Source: Actinomycetota bacterium (lineage in GTDB: Bacteria > Actinomycetota > Acidimicrobiia > Acidimicrobiales > Ilumatobacteraceae). Taken from it: a stretch of 64,000 nt of DNA. Position numbers and translations under genes: made by a program. The notes below the pieces were generated by a model. It saw only the letters and a program-made list of their open reading frames with translations, did no database searches and had not been told where the DNA came from. Location: contig JBEGRF010000051.1 of the NCBI GenBank assembly GCA_041180605.1, positions 36,421 through 100,420 on the forward strand, written 5' to 3'. Each line of letters opens with the position of its first letter. Position 1 is the stretch's first letter. Positions 1 through 11,428 of the stretch are shown one piece after another.

Positions 1-1760
<1,760 letters not shown>

Positions 1761-1876
1761 CGCGATCCCCCGCCGAACGCGTGGCGAAGAGGGCAAAAAT
1801 CGGTCATGTTCAGTCGTCTCATTCTAGTTGTGTGCACGGCGCGCAAAGAGGAACTTGGGCTGCAAAAAGTACCGAT

Positions 1877-2197
1877 TTATCGGCGTTTTACGCGCACCTC
1901 GAGTGCCGTGACCGGTGTCGTAGTGAGGCGGGAGATTTTTTCGCACAACGATGCTTCGAGGAAACGCATTTCAGTGGCCCAGTGCGGGTCGTCGACTTCG
2001 ACGACGAGGGTGGAGCGGTCGAGCTTGACCGGTAGCACGTGCACGGCGACGGCTTCACCGACGAGTTCTTCCCATGCACCGAACACGCCGCGCACACTGG
2101 CTGCGTCGTCGCTGCCGAGCGAGGCGAGCAGGCGCGACAACTGGCCCTGCAAGGTGGTGCTCGGGGGAAGCTCGTCGCGGCGGGGGTCGGTGGTCAT
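1877..2197 (-). CDS. DUF721/Rv0004-like small protein in the conserved slot between recF and gyrB
   Basis: ORF 1877..2245. ATG at 2197 (MTTDPRRDELPPST...) lies 7 nt after the recF stop. The position between recF and gyrB is typical of this family in Actinobacteria. The family name is from recollection, not a search. Confidence 0.7.
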   Translation of the reverse strand: MTTDPRRDELPPSTTLQGQLSRLLASLGSDDAASVRGVFGAWEELVGEAVAVHVLPVKLDRSTLVVEVDDPHWATEMRFLEASLCEKISRLTTTPVTALEVRVKRR

Positions 2198-2204
2198 GGT
2201 CGGG

Positions 2205-3314
2205 TCATTGTCGGTCGGGAGAGGTGGGGGTGACCTGGCCGCCATCCACTCGTAGCCAGCGGGTGATGCGCGGTGAGTCGGGCAGGTGGTGGGCGCTCGT
2301 CACGATCATTTGTCGGTACGGCACGACGGCGAGTAACTGATCGAACAGCTTCTTGCTGCGTTCCGGGTCGAGCGCGGCGAGCACGTCGTCGAGCACCACG
2401 ACGGGCGGTGACCCATGTTTGTCGGTGACTGCTTGGTGCGCAGCCATGCGCAAGGCGAGGCCGAGCGACTGTTGCTCGCCGTGCGACCCTTGCGTGCGGG
2501 TGGCGAAATCGTCGAGTTCGACGATCATGTCATCGCGGTGGGGGCCGACGGTGCTCGTGCCTCGCCGCAAGTCGTCATCGCGCGACTCAGCGAGTGCGGC
2601 AGCAAGACCGTGCTCCCGCCACGGAGCGTCGTAGTCGAGCCGCACGTTGCAATCGCGATCCAACAACGACTGGTAGGCGGTCTGCACGAGCGGCGAGATC
2701 GCTGCGACGAACTCGGACCGGGCCCGACCGACCTCATCGCCCACCGTGGCGAACTTGTCGTCCCATGCATCGAGTGCAGAGAGCGTCGACGCCGATGGGC
2801 GGTAGCCGGATTCTTTGAGCAGAGCGTTGCGTTGGCGCAGCACTCGTTCGAGTTCACCGACCAGGTCGAATCGCGAAGGATCGATGGCGACGATGCTGTC
2901 GTCGAGAAACGTGCGCCGTTGGCTCGCCGCCCCGTAGACGAGGAAGCGGTCGTCGGGCGAAAAAACGGTGGTGCGCAGCACCCCGAGCAGGTCGCGCGTG
3001 CGGTTGATGCGTTTGCGGTTGACCTGTGCGACTGACCTGCCCGCCGTCTTCAGTTCGATTTCTACGAGGAACTCTCGTTCGTCATCGTGCACGATGTCGG
3101 CGCGCAAGAAAGCGCTCTCTGAGCCGCGGCGCACAACATCGTCGTTGGCGACGCCGCGGAACGATTTCATCGTCGAGACGACGACGAGCGCCTCGGCGAG
3201 GTTGGTCTTGCCGGCTGCGTTGAAGCCGACCAACGCGTGCACGCCCGCGCCGAGGTCAAGTTGCAACCGTTCGTAGTTGCGAAAATCGGTGAGCTGCAGC
3301 GAGCGAACGATCAC
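2205..3314 (-). CDS. recF: DNA replication/repair protein RecF
   Basis: ORF 2205..3428 contains the Walker A motif GFNAAGKTNLAEAL. Start set to GTG 3314 (VIVRSLQLTDFRNYE), which overlaps the dnaN stop as GTGA. The longer ORF extension lies inside dnaN. Confidence 0.93.
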   Translation of the reverse strand: MIVRSLQLTDFRNYERLQLDLGAGVHALVGFNAAGKTNLAEALVVVSTMKSFRGVANDDVVRRGSESAFLRADIVHDDEREFLVEIELKTAGRSVAQVNRKRINRTRDLLGVLRTTVFSPDDRFLVYGAASQRRTFLDDSIVAIDPSRFDLVGELERVLRQRNALLKESGYRPSASTLSALDAWDDKFATVGDEVGRARSEFVAAISPLVQTAYQSLLDRDCNVRLDYDAPWREHGLAAALAESRDDDLRRGTSTVGPHRDDMIVELDDFATRTQGSHGEQQSLGLALRMAAHQAVTDKHGSPPVVVLDDVLAALDPERSKKLFDQLLAVVPYRQMIVTSAHHLPDSPRITRWLRVDGGQVTPTSPDRQ

Positions 3315-4405
3315 GACGTGAGTCGTTGCGGCATCACGAGATAGAGGTAACCGTCGTTGGTGGAGCCGCGCAACACTGCCGGCTTGATCGGATCGCTCGA
3401 CTCGATGCTGATCGTCTCGCCGTTGCACGCCTCGACGCCCTGCAACAGGTAGTCGGGGTTGAAGCCGATCGTCATCTCGGGGCCCTTGTAGTCGGCGTCG
3501 AGTTCTTCGATGGTCTCGCCGGTGTCGTTGGTGTGCACCGACAGCTTCAGTGCACCCGATGCCTGCGTGAGTCGCACCGGGATGGTGTCGCGCGCGTACA
3601 CCTTGGAACGTCGAACTGCGTCGAGCAACGCCTCTCGGTTCACCGACAACTTGTTCGGGTACGACGGCTGCACGAGCTGTTTGTAGTTGGGGAATTGCAC
3701 GTTCAAGAGCGCCGTCGACAACGTGGTGTTGCCGACGCTGAAGGTGGCGCGGTCAGATGCGAGGCGGTAGGTGATCGTCTCGTGGTCCTTGATGAGGCGC
3801 AGGAGTTCGCCGAGGGCTCGCGCAGGGATGATGACGGAGCTTTCACCGGCGAGCGCGGTGCCCGCGACTTGACGCACGGCGAGGCGGTAGCTGTCGGTCG
3901 CGACGAGCGTCAGGCCTTCGGCTTGGTTGCTGATCAGCACCCCGGTGAGCGCGAGTCTGGTGAGGTCGGCACTCGCCGCACGCACCACTTGCCGCAACGC
4001 TTCGCCGAAGAGGGCGGCAGACACTTTGCCTTCCGGGGCGCTCGCCTGGATGATCTTCGGGAAGTCGTTCGTGGCGTAACACAACACCGACGACCGGTTG
4101 CGCGCCGCTTCGACGACGAGCGACTCGCCCTCGAGGCTGATCTGCAGTTTTCCGTCGGGCAGTCCGCGCACCAGTTCGGTGAGCACGCGGGCGTTCGGCA
4201 CGACGACGCCGTCTTTTTGGCCGCCGACGGAGAGGGTGGATTGCATCGAGATTTCTTTGTCGGTGGTGGACAAGGTGAGGGTGTCGCCGCTGACGACGAG
4301 CTCGACCCCGGCCAGGGCGGGCATGGCGCTCGTGCGCGAGGTGGCGATGCGGCTCACGTCGCCCAGGATCTCGTTGAGTTCTTCGCGCTCTACCCGGAAT
4401 TTCAT
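3311..4405 (-). CDS. dnaN: DNA polymerase III beta sliding clamp
   Basis: 364-aa ORF MKFRVEREELNEILGDVSRIATSR... of typical clamp length. GAGGAA Shine-Dalgarno upstream of ATG 4405. Located between dnaA and recF. Confidence 0.96.
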   Translation of the reverse strand: MKFRVEREELNEILGDVSRIATSRTSAMPALAGVELVVSGDTLTLSTTDKEISMQSTLSVGGQKDGVVVPNARVLTELVRGLPDGKLQISLEGESLVVEAARNRSSVLCYATNDFPKIIQASAPEGKVSAALFGEALRQVVRAASADLTRLALTGVLISNQAEGLTLVATDSYRLAVRQVAGTALAGESSVIIPARALGELLRLIKDHETITYRLASDRATFSVGNTTLSTALLNVQFPNYKQLVQPSYPNKLSVNREALLDAVRRSKVYARDTIPVRLTQASGALKLSVHTNDTGETIEELDADYKGPEMTIGFNPDYLLQGVEACNGETISIESSDPIKPAVLRGSTNDGYLYLVMPQRLTS

Positions 4406-4677
4406 GGCTCAGTTCCTCATTGCGTGGCTGGTGGGAGAATTACAGGAGTCAGATGTACGTATGTCAATAGCAGTAATAAGTGCTGTGGATTGTGGAGAAC
4501 CACGACGTTTTCCAGCGTAGACAAGGGCCGTAGCACGCACAGGTTGCGCATCGCTGACCACACCTTGCAGGCGTGTCGTTTGTCGTCTGCGGACAACGGA
4601 GGTCTTGTGCACAGTTGATGAACAGCTCGTCCACCGGAAACCCACAGGACGGTTCCAGACACGATTCATGGCACGGT
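4406..4677. other. Candidate oriC (dnaA-dnaN intergenic region with DnaA-box-like 9-mers and an AT-rich stretch)
   Basis: Box-like 9-mers: TGTGGATTG 4484-4492 (CAATCCACA on the other strand), overlapping TGTGGAGAA 4491-4499 (TTCTCCACA), TTGTGCACA 4605-4613, and TCGTCCACC 4627-4635. An AT-rich run gatgtacgtatgtcaatagcagtaataagtgc lies at about 4452-4483. This is the canonical oriC position in Actinobacteria. Confidence 0.6.
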
Positions 4678-6111
4678 TCATGTCTTGAACATCCGCAGGA
4701 GTTCGTTCACCTGGTCGAAGACCTGCTGGCGGTCTTTCATCACGTGTTGCGTCTTTTCGACTGCGTGGATGACCGTGGTGTGGTCGCGACCGCCGAAGAG
4801 CCTGGCGATTGCCGGGTACGAAAGGTCCGTGAGTTCGCGGATGACGTACATTGCCGTCTGGCGGGCGCCGACGATCGGGCGCTGGCGGCTGCGGCCACGC
4901 ACGGCTTCGACGCTCACGCCGAGGTAGTCGCAGATCTCCGACAGCAGCTGTTCGGCGCTGCGTTGCTTGCCGACCCGGCGCGAGACCAAATCGACGAGTA
5001 GTTCGCGAGCCAGGTCGACGTCGATTTGCGCCTTGTTGAGCGACGCGTAAGCCGCCACGCGCACCAACGCACCCTCGAGTTCGCGGATGTTGGTGGTGAC
5101 GCTGGAGGCGATGAACTCGAGCACTTCGGGGGCCGCATCCAGGTGCTCGCGCTCGGCCTTGTTGCGCAAGATGGCCAGACGCGTCTCGACGTCGGGTGGC
5201 TGGATATCGGTGATCAATCCCCAACGGAAGCGACCGCGCAGGCGGTCTTCGAGCGTCGGGATCGCATCGGGCACCCGGTCACTCGAGATGACGATCTGTT
5301 TGCTCGAACCGTGCAACGAGTTGAACGTGTGGAAGAACTCTTCCTGCAGACCCTCTTTGCCTTCCATGAACTGGATGTCGTCGATGAGCAGCACGTCCAC
5401 CTCGCGGTAACGGCGCTTGAAGGCGCTGATGGTGTTGTTGCGGATGCCGTCGACGTATTCGTTGAGGAACGCCTCCGTCGAGACGTAACGCACCTCGTAG
5501 TTCGGGTAGTGCTCGTGCACGTACGAACCGATGGCGTGCAAGAGGTGCGTCTTGCCGAGGCCAGCCGAGCCGTAAATGAAGAGCGGGTTGTACGAACGAC
5601 CAGGCGTCTCCGCGACGCGCTGCGCAGCGGCGAGCGCGAACTGGTTGGAGGCCCCCTTCACGAACGTGTCGAACGTGTAGCGCGGATTGAGACCCACTGC
5701 TGCGCCGCGACCCGTCTTGCCGACGACGGTCGGGGTGTTCGTGTTCGGTGCGGTGAGCGCTGTCGTGGAAGTCGGCAACGAGTTCGTCGGGCTTGCCGGC
5801 ACGGGTCGCACGTCGACGTGCAGTTCGTGAGCGGAGCCGCCTGCTTCGTTGAGCGCATCGCGAACAAGCGACATGTAGCGCGTGAGCACTCGGTCGCGCA
5901 CGAACGCGTTCGGTACGCGCAAGGTGAGGCTCATCGTGCCGCCGACCTTGCCGTTGGCGTCACGTTCGACGATGATGTCGCTGAACGTGGAGAACCACAC
6001 CGCCTCTGATACCTGTTGGCGCAGCACGGCCGCGGCGCGCTCCCACAGGCCGTTTTCTGATCCGGCGAATGCGTCACTCGTGTCGAGTGTGGCGGTTTCG
6101 TCGTTTGTCAT
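4678..6111 (-). CDS. dnaA: Chromosomal replication initiator DnaA
   Basis: ORF 4678..6246. AAA+ Walker A GSAGLGKTHLLHAIG. C-terminal DNA-binding domain RQTAMYVIRELTDLSYPAIARLFGGRDHTTVIHAVEK. Start set to ATG 6111 (MTNDETATLD) preceded by GAAGGGGA. Confidence 0.95.
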   Translation of the reverse strand: MTNDETATLDTSDAFAGSENGLWERAAAVLRQQVSEAVWFSTFSDIIVERDANGKVGGTMSLTLRVPNAFVRDRVLTRYMSLVRDALNEAGGSAHELHVDVRPVPASPTNSLPTSTTALTAPNTNTPTVVGKTGRGAAVGLNPRYTFDTFVKGASNQFALAAAQRVAETPGRSYNPLFIYGSAGLGKTHLLHAIGSYVHEHYPNYEVRYVSTEAFLNEYVDGIRNNTISAFKRRYREVDVLLIDDIQFMEGKEGLQEEFFHTFNSLHGSSKQIVISSDRVPDAIPTLEDRLRGRFRWGLITDIQPPDVETRLAILRNKAEREHLDAAPEVLEFIASSVTTNIRELEGALVRVAAYASLNKAQIDVDLARELLVDLVSRRVGKQRSAEQLLSEICDYLGVSVEAVRGRSRQRPIVGARQTAMYVIRELTDLSYPAIARLFGGRDHTTVIHAVEKTQHVMKDRQQVFDQVNELLRMFKT

Positions 6112-6357
6112 GTCCCCTTCTTCGTCATCCACAGGAACTCCCACAACGTGTGGAGAATCCCATCCGTGTAACTCTGTAACTCTGTGTGTCGTCGATACCC
6201 GCACGAGGCGGGGCAGGGAACGTAGCACGTTTTCCACAGGGGGCAAAACGACAAATCACATCGCGGGTGTTTACCCGAGCGTTGTGAGCACCCACCCACT
6301 GCCCTAGCCTGAAGACGTTGCTTCCAATCGCCTTGAAAGTGACGTCAGGAGAGAGGC
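6112..6357. promoter_or_regulatory. dnaA/rpmH divergent control region with DnaA-box-like sites
   Basis: TCATCCACA 6125-6133, TGTGGAGAA 6149-6157 (TTCTCCACA on the other strand), and TTTTCCACA 6230-6238. Each is within 1-2 mismatches of TTATCCACA/TTGTCCACA. Confidence 0.5.
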
Positions 6358-6492
6358 GTGAAACGTACATTTCAACCCAATAAGCGTCGTCGTGCCAAAA
6401 AGCACGGGTTTCGCAAGCGGATGAAGACCAAGGGCGGCCGTGCCGTCGTCAAGTCGCGCCGCGCCAAGGGTCGCGCCCGTCTGTCGGCGTGA
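6358..6492 (+). CDS. rpmH: 50S ribosomal protein L34
   Basis: Not in the ORF track (short). GTG 6358 after AGGAGAGAGG gives [44 protein letters not shown], stop at 6490-6492. Confidence 0.95.
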   Translation: MKRTFQPNKRRRAKKHGFRKRMKTKGGRAVVKSRRAKGRARLSA

Positions 6493-6854
6493 TCGGTCGC
6501 ATCCCCCGTCGCATCGGATTCGCCCCGTTTCAAGGCACGCGTATGGTTCGCCATAACTCATTGGGGTTGCGTCTCGTCGTTGACCCGGCCGCCGGGGGCG
6601 TTCGGGTCGCTTTCTCGACCCCGAAACGCATCGGCTCTGCCGTCAAACGCAACCAGGTACGTCGCCGCTTGCGTGCATTGATGCACGAGCGCACCACACG
6701 GCTGCCCTCCGGCTGGTACTTGCTGGCCGCCGAAGCGGGAGCTGTGGACAATGACTGGGGACAACTGGGGACAACACTCGATCAGGTGTTAGAGAACGCA
6801 CTCAACTCGGCCCAAACGGTCGCCGATACTGGCAAATACAGAGTTTCACGATGA
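6489..6854 (+). CDS. rnpA: Ribonuclease P protein component
   Basis: 121-aa basic ORF that overlaps the rpmH stop (GTGA). Contains ...[24 protein letters not shown]... The rpmH-rnpA-yidD-yidC order is conserved. Confidence 0.88.
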   Translation: MIGRIPRRIGFAPFQGTRMVRHNSLGLRLVVDPAAGGVRVAFSTPKRIGSAVKRNQVRRRLRALMHERTTRLPSGWYLLAAEAGAVDNDWGQLGTTLDQVLENALNSAQTVADTGKYRVSR

Positions 6855-7177
6855 CTGTGACGCGCGACACACACCTCCACCATGATGTCCACAGGGTGGG
6901 GACACTGACCCGAGAAGGTGTCCTGCCAGCGGGTCGATTGGCCACGTTCCTCCTCAGATCCATCGAGTGGTATCAAGACCAGCGCCGCGGAGCACTCTCC
7001 CCGTGCCGGTTCTTTCCGAGTTGCTCGGAGTACGCCCACGATGCGATCACCATGCACGGCCCTGGCCGCGGTGGGTGGTTGGCCGTGCGCCGATTGGCGC
7101 GGTGCCGACCCTTCGGTCCGTCGGGGTACGACCCGGTCCCTCACCGTGGGACTCACGAGGAGGTAGGCAATGTTTGA
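6851..7177 (+). CDS. yidD: Membrane protein insertion efficiency factor YidD
   Basis: ATGA overlap with the rnpA stop. Conserved core [57 protein letters not shown]. The true start may lie further downstream. Confidence 0.85.
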   Translation: MTVTRDTHLHHDVHRVGTLTREGVLPAGRLATFLLRSIEWYQDQRRGALSPCRFFPSCSEYAHDAITMHGPGRGGWLAVRRLARCRPFGPSGYDPVPHRGTHEEVGNV

Positions 7178-8129
7178 TTGGTTATTTAATGGCGTCGGTT
7201 GGTTGATCGCCTGGATCTACTCCTGGAGCAACAGCTACGCCGTCTCGATTGGCTCGATGGCGATCATCGTCATGATCGTCATCACCCCACTCACGTTGAA
7301 GAGCACCCGCGGGATGCTGGAAATGCAGCGCCTACAGCCCGAAATGCGCCGCCTGCAGATCGAATTCAAAGGAGACCGCCAAGGCCTCAACGAAGCGATG
7401 ATGAAGCTCTACCAGGAACACAAGGTCAACCCGCTGGCCTCTTGCCTGCCGCTTGTTGCACAAATGCCGGTGTTCATCATCATGTTCCGCCTCATCCGCG
7501 GTCTCACGTATCGAACGACCTCCGACACCGGGTTTGTTCCTCGACACCTCGACAAGGCGTCCGAGCTCTATCAGTCGCTCGTCGGCAAGACGGAGATGCG
7601 GTCGTTCGGACTCGACCTGGCAGTGCACCCGATCGAAGTGATGCGCGACGATTTCGCCAAGGGGTTGCTCTACGGCGGTCTTGTTGCGGCACTCGCGTTG
7701 TTGTACTTCGTGCAGCAGCGAATGGTCGCCTCGCGAGCAGTCAGTCCGACCATGTCGGCAAGCCAGCAGAAGATCCTGCAATACATGCCCGTCGCATTCG
7801 CCGTCTTCCAAGTGGCGCTGCCCACGGGTCTCATCGTCTATTACTTCGTGCAAGCCCTCGTGCGCATCGGCCAACAGGCGTACATCACGAAACGCTTCTA
7901 CGGCGGCGACGACTCAATCGGCCGACAAGCCCAACAGGCAAGCGCCAAGGCTCGCGAGATCAAGGAAGACGACAGCAAGAAGGCGAAAAAGGCCGAAAAA
8001 ACGGGTGAATCAGGGCAATTCCCGAGCAAGCGCATCACCCAACCAAAGAACCCGAAGAATTCACCAAACCGTCCTTCGTCGCCGCGAAACGATGGTCCGC
8101 CGAAGCGGCCCAAGCCGCCGCAGCGGTGA
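7170..8129 (+). CDS. yidC: Membrane protein insertase YidC
   Basis: 319-aa polytopic ORF after GAGGAGG. Contains ...[49 protein letters not shown]... and a Lys/Pro-rich C-terminal tail. Confidence 0.93.
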   Translation: MFDWLFNGVGWLIAWIYSWSNSYAVSIGSMAIIVMIVITPLTLKSTRGMLEMQRLQPEMRRLQIEFKGDRQGLNEAMMKLYQEHKVNPLASCLPLVAQMPVFIIMFRLIRGLTYRTTSDTGFVPRHLDKASELYQSLVGKTEMRSFGLDLAVHPIEVMRDDFAKGLLYGGLVAALALLYFVQQRMVASRAVSPTMSASQQKILQYMPVAFAVFQVALPTGLIVYYFVQALVRIGQQAYITKRFYGGDDSIGRQAQQASAKAREIKEDDSKKAKKAEKTGESGQFPSKRITQPKNPKNSPNRPSSPRNDGPPKRPKPPQR

Positions 8130-8190
8130 GAGTGATACCACAACTGTCTCATCATCATTCAATTCGCAATTCAGAACAAAGGAGCACATC

Positions 8191-9060
8191 ATGGAATGGG
8201 TAACGATCACCGCCGCAACCGTGGAGGACGCAAAGACGCTTGCCCTCGACCAGCTCGGCGTCGCACCAGAAGACGCAGAGATCGAGATTCTCGAAGAACC
8301 CAAGCCGGGTCTCTTTGGTCGCCTGCGCGGGGAAGCAAAGGTTCGCGCCCGCGTGCGGCCGACTTCGGTTCGCGAATCGTCTCGTCGTGAACGCGGCGGC
8401 GAGCGCGGGGAACGTCGCGGCGGGCGTGCTCGTTCGCGCAGCCGAAGCGGCGAAGGCGCTGACCGCGGCGGAGATCGCCGTCGAGAACGAAGCGACTCGC
8501 GCGGGCCTGTCCGTGAGCGCAGCAACGACCGTGAACGCACGGAACGCGAGGATGGCGACGACGACGCACGCCGTCGTGCGGATGCCCCGAAGGTGCCCGT
8601 CGCCACGGTGCGTGACGCGGCGACCACATTCTTGGAGGGTCTGTTTTCCGCAGCTGGGCTGTCGGCCACCGTCGAGTCGACGATCGAGGGTGATGACATC
8701 GAAATTGCCGTCAACGGCGACAATTTGACGATGTTCGTCGGTGCCCGCGGGGCCACTCTCACCAATCTGCAAGATGTCACCCGGGTCGTGAGCCAACGCA
8801 AACTGGGGGATCATGACACCCGTCTGCGAGTCGACGTCGGGGGCTATCGCCAACGCCGCAAGGACGCCCTCGGTCGATTCGCGATGAAAGTCGCCAGCGA
8901 CGTCATTGAATCCGGTACGCCGCGCATCCTTGAGCCGATGAACTCTGCCGATCGCAAGATCGTGCACGACACGCTGGCGAACATGGAGGGCATCGTGACC
9001 CACTCTGAAGGTGACGATCCGTTCCGCCGTGTCGTCGTGTCCCGCGCACAAGGGGCCTGA
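8191..9060 (+). CDS. jag: Jag/KhpB-type RNA-binding protein (Jag_N, KH, R3H) with an Arg/Glu/Ser-rich linker
   Basis: ATG 8191 after AAAGGAG (MEWVTITAATVEDAKTLALDQLGV). C-terminal ...MNSADRKIVHDTLANMEGIVTHSEGDDPFRRVVV (R3H). The 7681 ORF extension overlaps yidC and was rejected. Confidence 0.88.
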   Translation: MEWVTITAATVEDAKTLALDQLGVAPEDAEIEILEEPKPGLFGRLRGEAKVRARVRPTSVRESSRRERGGERGERRGGRARSRSRSGEGADRGGDRRRERSDSRGPVRERSNDRERTEREDGDDDARRRADAPKVPVATVRDAATTFLEGLFSAAGLSATVESTIEGDDIEIAVNGDNLTMFVGARGATLTNLQDVTRVVSQRKLGDHDTRLRVDVGGYRQRRKDALGRFAMKVASDVIESGTPRILEPMNSADRKIVHDTLANMEGIVTHSEGDDPFRRVVVSRAQGA

Positions 9061-9082
9061 CACCTCCGTTTAGGCTGAGGCG

Positions 9083-9655
9083 GTGACCCCGCCTCACGAC
9101 GAGCAGCGCCTCATCGAGATGCTGCAACGGGCACAAACTGAGGGCGCGCTTGGCCCGTGGCCAATCTCTGAGGTGATTGCCCATGCCCGGGAATTCGTGA
9201 CAGTACTCCCCCACGACACCGCTACGGTGCTCGATTTGGGCTCGGGGGCAGGCGTTCCGGGGTTGGTGATCGCCCTTGACCTCCCCCATGTGCGGGTCAC
9301 GCTGGTCGATCGTCGCGACAAACGTGTGGATGCCCTGCAGCGAGCAGTCGCGCGACTCGGCTGGTCAGAGCGTGTCACGGTGGTGTCGGCGGATGCCGCC
9401 ACGCTCGCCGCTGACCCCTTCTGGCAACGCTCTCAGGATGCCGTGGTCGCACGAGGGTTTGGCCCACCCGAGGTCACGCTTCGGTTGGCGGCTCGCCTCA
9501 CCCGAGTGGGTGGGCATGTGGTAGTCAGCGAACCCCCTGCAGGGGTCCCTTCCCGCTGGGAGGCGGAGCTCTGTGCGTCTTGTGGCGTCGGCACCCCCGA
9601 ACGACTCGGTCGGGTCGTTCGGTTCCACGTGGAACACGAGCAGGTGACCGACTGA
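9083..9655 (+). CDS. rsmG: 16S rRNA (guanine527-N7)-methyltransferase RsmG/GidB
   Basis: 190-aa ORF with the SAM motif VLDLGSGAGVPGLVIA. Sits in the conserved position before parA. Confidence 0.9.
   Translation: MTPPHDEQRLIEMLQRAQTEGALGPWPISEVIAHAREFVTVLPHDTATVLDLGSGAGVPGLVIALDLPHVRVTLVDRRDKRVDALQRAVARLGWSERVTVVSADAATLAADPFWQRSQDAVVARGFGPPEVTLRLAARLTRVGGHVVVSEPPAGVPSRWEAELCASCGVGTPERLGRVVRFHVEHEQVTD
9621..9636. promoter_or_regulatory. parS centromere-like site 1
   Basis: gGTTCCACGTGGAACa is a perfect 14-bp palindrome. It matches the parS consensus tGTTTCACGTGAAACa except for a symmetric T>C/A>G change. It lies inside the 3' end of rsmG. Confidence 0.8.
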
Positions 9656-9657
9656 GC

Positions 9658-9673
9658 CGTTCCACGTGGAACA
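9658..9673. promoter_or_regulatory. parS centromere-like site 2
   Basis: cGTTCCACGTGGAACa has the same 14-bp core as site 1. It lies 37 bp away, just after the rsmG stop and upstream of parA. Confidence 0.8.
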
Positions 9674-9772
9674 CTCTCGCGGAGGACTTCCATGCAATGG
9701 CACCCCACTCGCGCTGTGATCCGGATCAGGAACCGTGGTGCCGACCAGGAATGATGACTGGGCCGAACAGCG

Positions 9773-10564
9773 ATGGGGTACGGTAAGGGGGTGAGCTCCC
9801 CCACCCGAGTGCTGGCAGTCGCCAACCAGAAGGGTGGCGTCGGGAAGACCACCTCTGTCGTCAACCTCTCGGCCAGCATCGCGCTCTTGGGCCATCGAGT
9901 GCTGGTCGTGGACCTTGACCCGCAAGGCAACGCCTCCACCGGTCTCGGCATCGACATTCGCACCCTCCAACACAGTGTGTACGACGTGCTCCTCCATGAA
10001 ACCCCGCTCGAAGATGCCGTGCAATCCAGCGCGGTCAAGGGGCTATTCGTGGCTCCGGCAAACCTCGACCTGGCGGGGGCAGAGATTGAACTCGTCCCAG
10101 TGATGGGGCGCGAAACCAGGCTGCGCAAGGCCCTCGAACGCGTCGCGGGAGACTACGACTACGTCTTCATCGACTGCCCGCCCTCGCTGGGTTTGTTGAC
10201 CGTGAACGCCCTCACCGCCGCGCACGAAGTGCTCGTCCCGGTGCAATGCGAGTATTACGCCCTCGAGGGCCTTGCCCAATTGCTGCGCAACATCGAATTG
10301 GTCAACAAGAACCTCAATCCCAGCCTGCACGTCAGCACGATTTTGTGCCAGATGTACGACAGTCGAACGAAGCTCTCGTCTGACGTCGTGAAAGAAGTTC
10401 GCGCCCATTTCGGCGACAAAGTATTGAAGACCGTCATCCCGCGTACCGTGAAGATCGCAGAGTCACCAAGTCACGGCATGCCCGTGGTCGTCCTCGATCC
10501 GAATGGTGTCGGGGCAGAGGCCTATCGATCCGCAGCCAAGGAGGTCGCGCATGGCAGGACTTAA
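9773..10564 (+). CDS. parA: Chromosome partitioning ATPase ParA/Soj
   Basis: Deviant Walker A VANQKGGVGKTT. 263-aa ORF. An alternative start at GTG 9791 is preceded by AAGGGG. Confidence 0.93.
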   Translation: MGYGKGVSSPTRVLAVANQKGGVGKTTSVVNLSASIALLGHRVLVVDLDPQGNASTGLGIDIRTLQHSVYDVLLHETPLEDAVQSSAVKGLFVAPANLDLAGAEIELVPVMGRETRLRKALERVAGDYDYVFIDCPPSLGLLTVNALTAAHEVLVPVQCEYYALEGLAQLLRNIELVNKNLNPSLHVSTILCQMYDSRTKLSSDVVKEVRAHFGDKVLKTVIPRTVKIAESPSHGMPVVVLDPNGVGAEAYRSAAKEVAHGRT

Positions 10565-11417
10565 AAGCGGCAAAGGACTCAGCTCGCTGATCCCCGGCGG
10601 GGGAGGTGTGCCGCCCGTCACAGGAGGGTTGACCGAGGTGGCGATCTCGTCAATTGAGCTGAATCCGCATCAACCGCGCATGCATTTCGACGATGAATCA
10701 CTGAACGAACTTGCGGCGTCCATCCGCGCCGTCGGCGTGTTGCAGCCGTTGCTCGTGCGCACGGTACGACCCGGCGTGTACCAACTGATCGCCGGTGAAC
10801 GACGCATGAAAGCCGCGGAACGTGCGGGATTGTCGCAAGTGCCGGTCATCGTGCGTGACGCGAGCGACGCAGCATCGGCGGAGCAGGCACTGATCGAGAA
10901 CGTGCACAGAGAAGATCTTGGTCCGCTCGAGGAGGCAGCCGCATACCAACAGCTGCTCGAGGATTTCGGCCTCACCCACGATCAACTCGCGGCGCGAGTT
11001 GGCAAGAATCGTGCCACTATCAGCAACTCGCTGCGGCTCTTGACGCTGCCAGCATCGGTGCAACAACTGATTGCCGACCGACGCTTGACGTCGGGTCATG
11101 CAAAGGTGTTGCTGAGCATCACGGATCGCGCACAACAGGAACGCATCGCACAACAAGTGGTTCGCGAGGGTCTGTCGGTGCGCGCTACCGAGTCGCTTAT
11201 TGCCACTTCTGGTACTACTACGCGCAAGAAGAAGGCCGGCAAGCCGCAACCCGCAGGAGATCCGGCACTTGGCGAACTGGCCCATCTCATCGGCGAACAC
11301 TTGTCGACGCGGGCGATAGTCACCGCACCGACGGCGTCATCCCGTGGATCGCTGCGCATCGAATTTGCCGACGTATCCGACCTCGAGCGCATCGCGCGAA
11401 CCATTCTCGGCGCCTAG
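10551..11417 (+). CDS. parB: Chromosome partitioning protein ParB/Spo0J
   Basis: ATG 10551 after AAGGAGG. ParB box LQPLLVR...YQLIAGERRMKAAERAGL and HTH ...LTHDQLAARVGKNRATISNSLRLL. It overlaps the parA end by 14 nt. Confidence 0.93.
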   Translation: MAGLKSGKGLSSLIPGGGGVPPVTGGLTEVAISSIELNPHQPRMHFDDESLNELAASIRAVGVLQPLLVRTVRPGVYQLIAGERRMKAAERAGLSQVPVIVRDASDAASAEQALIENVHREDLGPLEEAAAYQQLLEDFGLTHDQLAARVGKNRATISNSLRLLTLPASVQQLIADRRLTSGHAKVLLSITDRAQQERIAQQVVREGLSVRATESLIATSGTTTRKKKAGKPQPAGDPALGELAHLIGEHLSTRAIVTAPTASSRGSLRIEFADVSDLERIARTILGA

Positions 11418-11428
11418 ATCGCAACGAC

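Noticed and set aside
3326-4618. 430-aa + strand ORF.
   Set aside because: It is antisense to dnaN. The product has no recognisable motifs and a biased R/G/A/V composition, whereas dnaN on the minus strand is clear.
8340-8600. Repetitive-looking GC-rich DNA (cgcggcgg/gagcgc motifs) that could be taken for a tandem repeat.
   Set aside because: It encodes the Arg/Glu/Ser/Gly-rich linker of Jag in frame. I found no exact DNA-level tandem unit.
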